A stretch of DNA of 64,000 nt from Lingula anatina (lineage: Eukaryota; Animalia; Brachiopoda): assembly GCA_051362555.1 (NCBI GenBank), contig CM120643.1, positions 15,040,644 to 15,104,643 of the forward strand, written 5' to 3'. The translations under genes were made by a program, and so were the position numbers. The notes under the pieces were generated by a model that saw nothing but the letters and a program-made list of their open reading frames with translations, ran no database searches and was not told where the DNA came from. Position 1 is the stretch's first letter. Each line of letters opens with the position of its first letter. Below, in pieces: positions 55,002-64,000 of the stretch.

Positions 55002-55271
55002 TGATGGAGGGGTGAATATGAGGAGAATATTAGGATTAAGCAGTAAAATGTACCTGTATTTAAAAGAAAAAGGAGCGTTTTTATTGGAATACTGGTTTTC
55101 CATAGTTCAGTTTGTTTCCAGTGAACTTTACAACTTTGAATTTGGTAATTACCTCAACAGATTTGAAAAAATTACTGCATGATTTGCCATTAGCTGATTA
55201 ATTAACACTAACAAATCCATATACTGAAACCAGTGTTATATTTTTCTTCCCTCTTTTCTTCCCTCCATCAG

Positions 55272-55433
55272 AGCCAGGGCTTCCAGTATGACTATCTTGC
55301 CAAGGTTCCTGAGGTCAAGGACACAGTTCACAAGCACTCGTTACTTCACCATCTGTGTGATATAATACTGGACCAGTTCCCTGATACCACAGACCTCTAC
55401 TCTGACATTGCTGCCGTCACGCGGTGTGCCAAG
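55272..55433 (+). CDS. FHOD: Exon 17, FH2 ([28 protein letters not shown]...RCAK)
   Basis: ccatcag|AGC ... AAG|gtaaat, phase 0-0. Confidence 0.95.
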
Positions 55434-55610
55434 GTAAATACGTGTGTGCATGTGTCACCATCTGTGATAAACTACTGGTCAGTTTTTAAAAAGATACTAC
55501 ACATTCTACCTAGTGGGAGAATATTCCTGTTGACAGTCAGGTCTATGGCGCCACCTAGTGCCAGTTTATTTGGGTTCACCATCAAGTGGCACCATCTAGT
55601 GGAAGATTTT

Positions 55611-56320
55611 TATGTACAGACACAGATGTGTCTGTACATATAGCCGTCATCTGCGTCTGTCGTCGCCGTCGTTGCCGTCGTCGCCGTGCACTTTTACCGA
55701 TAACACGATAAGTGGAAAACTGTTTTTTCTTTTTTTTTTGAAACTTACAGAACTGATGAATATTCATAATACGCAGGTCGAGTTCGAAAATCAGCATGAT
55801 CGGGTCACTTATATGGAATTTATGCTGTTTTTTCACTTTTTTCAGCATATATGCAGCACCGATAACAGGATAAGTGGAAAACCATTTTACCTTTTGGCTT
55901 GAAACTTACAGAACTGATGAATATACATAATACGGAGGTCAAGTTCCAAAATCAGCGTGATTGGGTCATTTTTAGTGAATTTAGGCTATTTTTTCTCTTT
56001 TTTCAGCATATGTGCAGCACCGATAACACGATAAGTGGAAAACCATTTTACCTTTCGGCTTGAAACTAACAGAACTGATAAATATTCATAATACGCAGGT
56101 CAAGTTTGAAAATCAGCACGATCGGGTCACTTATAGGGAATTTATGCTGTTTTTTCACTTTTTTCAGTATATATGCAACACTGATAACACAATATAAGAA
56201 AAACAGATTGGCCAATTGTCATTATACTCACAGGAGGGGCCAATCTTACTAAAACGCAGGTTGAGTTTGAAAATCAGCATAATCAGTCCATTATTTTAGA
56301 AGTTATGCTGTTTTTTCACA
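55611..56320 (+). mobile_element. Helentron/HINE-like element with an internal 161-162-bp tandem array
   Basis: T-run followed by a perfect 14-bp hairpin tatgtacagacaca-ga-tgtgtctgtacata, a (GTC/GCC)n microsatellite, then units starting at 55697, 55859, 56020 and 56181. Confidence 0.7.
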
Positions 56321-58133
56321 TTTCCTCACATTCAATTGTTAGGCATGTTAACAGTCTCATTATTGAACTAATAATATACGTAAAAGTGTTTGTTTGACAT
56401 TTCCTGCATCTTTACAACATTGTTAGTTGATTTTTTAAAAATGATGGTAAACTTGTTATCATGTATTGTGTAATAAAGTGTCAAAAATGGAAATAAACTC
56501 ATATCATTGCAGTTAGTCAGATGCATTCATCCACTATGTTCAGAATCTCAGAATGGAGGAACTTGGACATTTAACACTGTTCTATTGATACTTTTCCCAT
56601 CTCATCAATTTTCTTCTTTGGTCATATAAAAATGGCAGTAAACTGTTTATTTTGTTTTATGTTAAAAAAGTGTTAAAAATGGAAATACGTAAACCCATTT
56701 CAGAACAGTGCTGTCTTGTTTACATTTTGGCATTTTCAATATGTGACTTTGAAGTTCCATGGGCCTGAAGACTTTTGCTTGTCACATTTTCTGAATAACC
56801 ATGATACTAATATTTTATAATTAAAAATTGATGGTCATTATGCTGTAAAACATTATGTAATATTGCATCAAAATGTGAAGAAACCCCTATTTTGGGAACT
56901 GCTCCCATGATGACCATTTAAGGAAAATCATGTCACTTACTGTTCTCAAACTTACAGGAAAGAGACATGGGACTAAAATACAGCTTCAGTAGGCAATGCA
57001 GTCTGTTTGGTAAATTTTTCTGGCAATTAAACAGTTTTTTGTGAAAATTTAATTTTTCACATATTGGCATTTCCAAGGTGTGACTTAGAACCTCCACGGG
57101 CTTGAAGACCCATGCTAGTCACATTTTGTGAAAATCCATGACACTTATATTTTATTATTAATAATCGATGGTCATTATGCTGTTAAGCATTATTTAATGT
57201 TGCATCAAAATAGAAGAAAACACAATTTTTGGTGCTGCTGCCTTGATGACCGTGTTACTTATGACTGTCAAACTTTCAAAAAAGAAACACAGGACTAAAA
57301 TGCAGCCTGAGTTAGAAAAGCAGTCTAATTGGCTTCTTTTTCTGGAAGTTATACATTTTAGTGTAATATTCATTATCTTTTTGGCATATTCATTGTGGGA
57401 CTCGGAGCTCCCATGGACATGAAGCCAAATGGTAATCATATTTTCTACATGTCCATCCTATTTATAGTCAATAAACAAAAATTGGTGATAATTATTCTCT
57501 AATTTATTATGTAATGTTACATCAAAATTGACAACAATCTTTTTGCACTGCTACTGCAAACATTATGAAAAGAAAACTGTGCCACTTATTATAATTTTAA
57601 ACTTACAAGTACGATTTTTAGGATTGGCCTTCAGCTCATGAGAAAACCAGCTCTATTGGATTATCATGTTTATTGTATTTATGCATTTTTTGTGAAATTT
57701 TCATTTTTCTCATTCTGGCACTTTCTAAGTATAAACTTGAACTCTGATGGGCCTGGAGCCTTATGCTTTTACTTTCGTCTGTGTTACCTGTTGTGCATAA
57801 GTTGATGTTGACTGTGCAGTTAAACATAATGTATTATTGCATCAGGATTGGTAGTCTCCTATTTTGGGCATTATGGTTTTGTGCTTTTCTTAAGGTGTGA
57901 CTTATGGGCCTGAAGACCTTTGAGTGGGTCAGTCTGTAAATTACCCTTGGGTATCACTAGATTAATTTCAGAGTTATAAAGTCATTTGCTTTAATAGGCC
58001 ATTAAATGAGATTACGTAAAGCACACTTGTTGATATTTCCCTGTAAACTCCCAAAGGTAAAGCTCTCTGCTAGATTAATAATAAGGAAGCAGTGATAATT
58101 ATGCAGGTAAATTTTGTTTAATATTGCAAATAA

Positions 58134-58137
<4 letters not shown>

Positions 58138-58192
<55 letters not shown>
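58138..58192. repeat. (TA)n microsatellite
   Basis: Read directly. Confidence 0.97.
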
Positions 58193-58194
<2 letters not shown>

Positions 58195-58240
58195 AACTGG
58201 AAGATTAAAAGTTTGAATAGCATCTTCATTGGAATTATAT

Positions 58241-58474
58241 TTACCTCAAGCTCTGCCAAGGAGGTTATATTTTCACCCCTGTTTGTCTGTCATCCACAAA
58301 CACAAAAAAGTTATGGACCGATTTTGCAGAAATTTTCAGGAACTGTCGGAAGTGGGCCAAAGAGGACAATGATTAATTTTTGGTGGTGGTCCGGATCAAT
58401 AATCAATCAATTATCAATAATAATCAACAATTGCTGCCTTGGCAGAGGTCTGCACTCTCAAAGTGCTTTTCTAG
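58241..58474 (+). mobile_element. Short Helentron-associated non-autonomous element (HINE-like)
   Basis: Subterminal inverted repeats ctctgccaag/cttggcagag, 5' acctc...gaggt fold-back, gtttgtctgt microsatellite, 3' gcact...agtgc stem-loop, ctag end, T-rich flanks. Confidence 0.75.
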
Positions 58475-59161
58475 TTTTGTTGTTTTCCTTTATAATTTTT
58501 TCTCAAACACTTGCATTTGTGACTTTTAACTCTCATCTGCCTGGGGCTCTGCACATTTTCTGTATTTCTACATAAGCAGTTGTATTGTTTTTTATGTCTT
58601 TAAACATTATGTAATATTATTTTATGCACTGTCATCATTTTTCAAATATTGAGACTTTCATAATGTGAATTTGAACTCTCATGATCCTGAAACTGTAATC
58701 TTATTGAAGGGGTGGATTGAGACCATCTTCTGGGTCTTCCGGAAGACAGTCAGGTTATTAAGTTTATATTGACTGGTATCTATTTTTTTCTGTTGGAAGA
58801 CCATCAAAATGGAGGATGGATCAACATAGATACTTTGTAATACTGTCAGAAAATATCTCTGGGTATGCTCCTGTTATTGACCATGTTACCTGTTGTGCAA
58901 GATTAAAATTCAGTGTTGACTGACAGTGCTATTATAAGCATTATTTATTATTGCATCAAAATTGACAAAATGACCTTTTTTGCATCTTTATTTTCTGTTT
59001 TTTGTCTGTACATTTGACAGCTTTGCTGCCTTGTTATGTTTAGCAGCAGATGGTAATATTAGAGTTTTTTATCAATTGGTATATTCCTAGTATGTTTCAT
59101 GGATGAAATATTAATACCAGATCATTCCTGAATTGAGAAGGCTTATTGTCTTTTGTCTCAG

Positions 59162-59283
59162 GTTGACTGGACAGAGCTGCAAGGAAAGTTAAACAAGATG
59201 GAGAACGACTGTAAAAAGTCCTGGGATCACTTGAGAACGATAGCGAAGCATGATAGCTACTCCTTCTACAGCATGAGAACAAA
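59162..59283 (+). CDS. FHOD: Exon 18, FH2 (VDWTELQ...CKKSWDHLRTIAKH...)
   Basis: ttgtctcag|GTT ... AA|gtaagg, phase 0-2. Confidence 0.93.
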
Positions 59284-59388
59284 GTAAGGAAAAAATATAT
59301 ACTTTAAAATAAAGTTTTAATGTAAAATTAAAGAATTTGAATGCTTTATAACTCTAATCTGGACAGCACTTCTAAGTCAAGGATAAAA

Positions 59389-59429
<41 letters not shown>

Positions 59430-60675
59430 AAAGGCCTGGATTTGAACATTTCCCCCTAAATAATGATCTATACTTATAGTGAAGTTTTCATCAAAGTTTG
59501 ACATCTCTTGGTGGTGCCCTGTCTACTAACAAACAGACAAAACAATGCTGATGGCAGTATAACCTGCTTTGTTGGCTATGTAAATAAAATCTAGGGTAAA
59601 ATAAATAGAATATTTTACTGACTGCTTATTCGTGCCATTTCAGCAATACTCGCAGTGTAGAAGAAAGGTAAAAGTCCCCATATGTTGTGTAGAGTCGGTC
59701 CACACTGTCTCCCTGCTTTTTTGCCCAGCAAGCAGCAAATTTGTTATGCAATGAATCTATATTTGATGATTTTATGAATCAGATCTTCCTGTCTGTTTCC
59801 CTTCCCCCAGAAAAAATTAATAAATAACGAAAAAAAATCAGTAGAAAGAAAAACAGATTGTTTACCTGATTTTGCTTATGCATACCAAACTCTTTTTCTT
59901 TTAAACTTCATTCAAAGTAACCTGACAAATATCATTTTGATTTTGTTTATGCAAACCTATCTTTTTTCTCTTATACTTAATCCAAAATACCCACTGTTCT
60001 TATTAAAGCACATCTTATCACAGTTTATGTTTTGAATCATGGATGTCATTTATTTTACCCCACATCTGTAAATGAATTTTTGTTTTATTATCACAACATT
60101 TCCGCTTGTCCATCTATTTCTTCTTTGCCAAAATAAGCAACTTTCTCTGCTTCCAGCTTGTAGATCTGTTCATGCCTGAGACATATTTTGTATTTATTAT
60201 GTATTTCTTCACCTCAGGTATTACTTGTATTCCTGAACGAAGACTGGCAGGTTGTTAAAATTATGTGCAGTTGATAATTTCATGGTGTCTTGTTTGGGGA
60301 ATTAAATGTTTCTGCTCTAAATTAAATTGGCGTGAACAGGCTAAGAATATTCAGTGCTAAGTTGAATCAATTTGAACAGGGTTCATGTTTTCCCAAAACT
60401 GCAACATATTTCTGTTAATAGAATTGAAGAAACCTTTCTGTGTAAGGGGTACGCAGATATGGGTAATGAAAATACTTTAAAGTATTTAAAATAAATGATG
60501 GCGGAAATACTTACTGCTCTCTTTAAAATAACAGTTTTGTATTAGTTTACACTAGAGGATAATGCTATAAGCTTGTGATACTTGCATTTTGAATGATTAC
60601 ATGTGATATGTGACCCAGAAAAAATGCACAATTGATTAAATTTATATTTCATGAGGCGATGAAATTTATTTCCAG

Positions 60676-60750
60676 GTTGTCAGAGTTCCTGTCGGACTCT
60701 GCGGAGAGGATAATAGTGCTGAAGATTGTGTATCAGCGAGTACAGAACAG
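60676..60750 (+). CDS. FHOD: Exon 19, FH2 (LSEFLSDSAERIIVLKIVYQRVQNR)
   Basis: tttccag|G ... AG|gtacgt, phase 2-2. Confidence 0.93.
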
Positions 60751-60876
60751 GTACGTGAATGCAAGTTCTTTTAATGGTGATTTTTGACTGATCTTGGTCA
60801 CAGAAAACTGTGCACCACCACTAGATGGCAGTGTAATCACAAGCCATGGGCTCCTCATTCACTCTGCCATTTCAAT

Positions 60877-61013
60877 TTTTACCTCTAATATTTCGATGTC
60901 TATCAGGACATCTTCTTCAGGGAATGAGGCTATCCAGGTGAATAGCCTCTACTTAGGAGGTGTACTCATTCCCTGAGGATGTCCCGATAGACATCGAAAT
61001 ATTGGAGGTAAAA
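60877..61013. repeat. Palindrome with arms of about 50 bp (60877-60928 and 60965-61013), each with a hammerhead-like core; possibly Penelope-derived
   Basis: Arms are reverse complements apart from 2 substitutions and a 3-nt indel. Confidence 0.8.
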
Positions 61014-61191
61014 CCTATCTCAATATTAGCTGTTGACTGAAGAAAAAATCACACCATTCTTATAACTTAACACAGCTGATGAAATTCTTCTCTGACCATT
61101 TATTCCACTACTACATCTAGTGCTCCACTTAATCATGAATTTCCTTTTGTACTTTGCCTTTCTTTATATTCATGTTTCATTCCAATTTCAG

Positions 61192-61384
61192 GTTTGTCAA
61201 GTTCCTGGTCTACATGGGGATTCCCATGACGAGTGCTAAAGAGGCCAGAGTGTCAGAGTTCTGTAAGACGGTCAGCGAGTTTGCCTTGGAGTATCGCACC
61301 ACGCGGGAGAAAGTGCTACAACAGAGAGAGAAGAAGGCAAACAACAGGGAAAGGAAGAAAACCAGGGGAAAGATGATTGTTGAT
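61192..61384 (+). CDS. FHOD: Exon 20, FH2 C-terminus (EFALEYRTTREKV...KTRGKMIVD)
   Basis: aatttcag|G ... GAT|gtatgt, phase 2-0. Confidence 0.95.
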
Positions 61385-61901
61385 GTATGTATTGACTCTT
61401 TTTGTTTAGAAACTCGAAACTTTTGAGACCAGTAAACAGCCATTAATTCTAAACATGCAGAGGATCGCAAAGATTCAACAAGCCATCTTATATATGATAT
61501 GTTTACAACAAATATCTTGCACAAAGTTGATTTTTATGTTAATATAATACCTAAAAGTTAAATTTTTGTGTTTATGAGAATGCTATTGACCAAAATTGTA
61601 TGATGATTAATTTTCAAACAAATTTTTTCATTTTTTTTCCCCAAGATTTATTATTGGAAGTTCATTAAAAGTATATCTTTCTGATAGCTGGGAACTATTT
61701 TTGATTTATCTTTTTCTGGTTACGCACTTAACATTTCTGAGGAAAGAAAAATATTTCACCACCTCTAAGACTAGGAAAACAATATTGACATCTTCAATTA
61801 ATACAGTCAGTATCAAATAAAGGGCCTAAACTCTGCATCAGTCAGGTGTCAGTTTGACCACACAGAAACTTGGACCTCACTGTGTTCGTAAACTCTTTCA
61901 G

Positions 61902-62088
61902 ACGGAGAAATTTTCAAAAACCAAAGACCAACAACAAACCCCCCAGCAGCAGGCCTTAGGGAACAGACTGCAGCAGAAAGACAACCAAAGTGTGGACGCT
62001 TTAAAACAGATCCTTGCCAATGGTTATACCTCAGAAACTGGGAGTGTGCGTGGGGATAGTGCCAAACATAGGAAGAGATATTCTGTTG
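61902..62088 (+). CDS. FHOD: Exon 21, post-FH2 tail (TEKFSKT...RKRYSV)
   Basis: ctctttcag|ACG ... G|gtaagt, phase 0-1. Confidence 0.88.
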
Positions 62089-62106
62089 GTAAGTCTGAAA
62101 TATACA

Positions 62107-62370
62107 AAGCCTAAGTCCCAACCACGTTTTGGATGCACATTTTTTTAGGTTCCTTGCGTCTGGCTAGGACGTAGCTAGATCGCAGGGAAGGAATCAAGTA
62201 GCAGCTGTTGATCATGTCAAAAAGTTTCTACGTGCTGTTTGCGTCTTCCAAAAGTCGCACAATGGACGTGCTCCTCACGCACCAACTCCAATGTTTTCCC
62301 ATTTTTTTTTTTTTTTTTTTTACCATAGACCACACATAGCAGCCCATATGTTCGGTTGGGACCTAGTCTT
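62107..62370. mobile_element. MITE-like insertion (about 260 bp)
   Basis: Termini aagcctaagtcccaacc and ggttgggacctagtctt are inverted (15/17). The insertion interrupts a degenerate tandem repeat. Confidence 0.6.
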
Positions 62371-62546
62371 AAGCGTAGGGAGAGATTCTACTTTTGTAAC
62401 TTTGAGATATATAAACTAAGAGATACTGTTTTGGTAAGTTAGAGATATGTTAACTTAGGGAAAGATATTGTGATAGTGATTACAAGTCAGAAACTTTGGG
62501 AGAAAAATTCAACATTTTAAATTAGTAGATATACTTAATTGCTATT

Positions 62547-62723
62547 CAGGCCTGTAGCCAGTGGGGGGTTAGGGGGGTTCGAAAGAACCCTCCTTTCTGC
62601 TGGGAAAAGGTGTCCCCTCTAGGTAAAATTTTATCTAGGTACACGAATGTTTCATCATAAAAGGTCCACTTTTTCAGAAAAAAAAAAAAAAAAAACCTTT
62701 TGAAATTGCTGGCTATGGGCTTG
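62547..62723. mobile_element. MITE (177 bp), possibly hAT-like, with a 5-bp ctatt direct flank
   Basis: caggcctgtagccag and ctggctatgggcttg inverted termini (12/15), ctatt on both sides. Confidence 0.65.
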
Positions 62724-62807
62724 CTATTGTTTTAGAAAATGTACAACAGCAACATTTCAATATGCTACAAATGTAGAACAGCACAATTTCAATCTGTTTC
62801 CTTTGAA

Positions 62808-62885
62808 AAGGGGTTAATTTGACAGTTCTCTCAAATCGGATTTTTTGTCAGATCTGTTTAGTAGACACTAGACATTAGGAAAAAA
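62808..62885 (+). repeat. Roughly 75-bp segment repeated directly at 63922-64000
   Basis: Both copies share ttgacagttctctcaaa...cagatctgtttagtagacactaga. Confidence 0.85.
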
Positions 62886-63071
62886 AAAACTGTAATAGAA
62901 TTGGTTTGAACCGAGAACTGAAAAATTTGATGGAGCAAAAGTGGAAAATTTATTGTACAACTATACCTTCATGTGCAGCAACAGTATATTGTGTTGTTAT
63001 TATACCTTGTTTCAATGTATTGTAATAATATATTGTACAGTGGTAAACCAAGGTGCTTCTTTATCCTCCAG

Positions 63072-63242
63072 ATTATGGACAGGCAAGAGAACGAGGCCGC
63101 AGCATGGCCACAGACTCCGAAGTGTACGACACAGGAGACGATGACGAGATCTTGGAGGCATGTGTGAAGAGCGCAACGTCTGCACCCACGTCTCGCACTC
63201 CCAGGGAAAGGAAACGTGCACGAAATCAACACAGAAAATCAT
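63072..63242 (+). CDS. FHOD: Exon 22, DAD (DDDEILEACVKSAT...PRERKRARNQHRKS)
   Basis: tcctccag|AT ... T|gtgagc, phase 1-1. Confidence 0.93.
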
Positions 63243-63465
63243 GTGAGCGAACCACTTTGTTGAAGTACATTTATGTCACCCATAACAAACAAGGATTTTA
63301 TAGTATACATTAATTTTTGTCCGACTTTAACAATGATATTAGTCAGTTAAAACTTCATAAAACACAAGTCCTCATTGAATTCATTTTCTTCTTTTCAGTT
63401 GCCTAATTTGATATTTGATTTTATATGAGAAATGATAACTAATAACCACATGTTTGATCTTTTAG

Positions 63466-63545
63466 TGAGGAGGACACTAAAAAGTGGATTGGATGAAGAA
63501 GAACAGCAGGTATTGAGGCGGTATAACCAGGATTATTACAAATAG
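63466..63545 (+). CDS. FHOD: Terminal coding exon (LRRTLKSGLDEEEQQVLRRYNQDYYK*)
   Basis: gatcttttag|TG, completes the conserved RKSLRRTLKSGL, TAG at 63543-63545. Confidence 0.93.
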
Positions 63546-64000
63546 AATGACACTGGTTTTGCCATGACTACAGCAAACAGAACAACAGTTTTATAGCAAG
63601 GACTACTATTTATAGAACAATATCGACATAACCTGGTCTTGTAGATCTACATAGGTATAACCTGGACTACTACATAGGGACTTTTTTCTCCAATTTGTGA
63701 TTTGATCACAGTGCTTATGGTGCCTATATGTGAAAGTGCACTGAACTTACCAAATATAACATTGAGTATATTTACTCAGACAAGGAAATGCTGTTGTGAT
63801 TTTAAGGGACATCATTTGGTAGCCTTCTTGACAGCTTGGATCTGATTGGACACTACTGAATGTTAATAGATGTTAAGCCAATTGTGATTGGTGGATTTGC
63901 TGTCTCCTATGGCGATGTGATAAGGGGGTCAATTGACAGTTCTCTCAAAGCAGATTTTTTTATTGCCAGATCTGTTTAGTAGACACTAGAAATTAGAAAA

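Larger units (their letters stand above)
56390..59000. repeat. Old degenerate tandem array, period roughly 330 bp (boundaries approximate)
   Basis: Recurring blocks resembling ggcattt...gtgact...ccatgggcctgaagac...gatggtcattatgctgt...ttgcatcaaaat near 56727, 57065, 57381 and 57715, with further fragments downstream. Confidence 0.65.

Noticed and set aside
61385-61901. Equivalent of the acidic muscle micro-exon of vertebrate FHOD3 after KTRGKMI
   Set aside because: No in-frame acidic AG/GT-bounded segment seen in this intron.

Overview
AT-rich, intron-rich animal genomic DNA, probably from a bilaterian invertebrate (inference). The window is essentially one + strand gene, an FHOD-family formin (FHOD1/FHOD3/Fhos type). 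I reconstructed 23 phase-compatible coding exons from ATG 17534 to TAG 63545, giving about 1,369 aa (1,343 aa with the proximal donor at 47836): GBD/FH3, linker, polyproline FH1, FH2 and DAD with a basic tail. Three upstream exons (3765-4609, 5675-6776 and a 6,735-nt exon at 7115-13849) splice in frame onto the second canonical exon. They predict an isoform of at least 4,200 aa with a roughly 2,900-aa low-complexity, motif-repeat N-terminus; its start codon is unresolved. Most notable observations: a 24-bp minisatellite that copies an exon end plus its 5' splice site, giving 15 donors; two older exon duplications into downstream introns; a GC-AG intron; an intronic palindrome whose arms resemble minimal hammerhead ribozymes; a CpG-content switch near the short-isoform start; and several non-autonomous DNA elements. 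Family assignments come from recognised motifs and recall, not from database searches.
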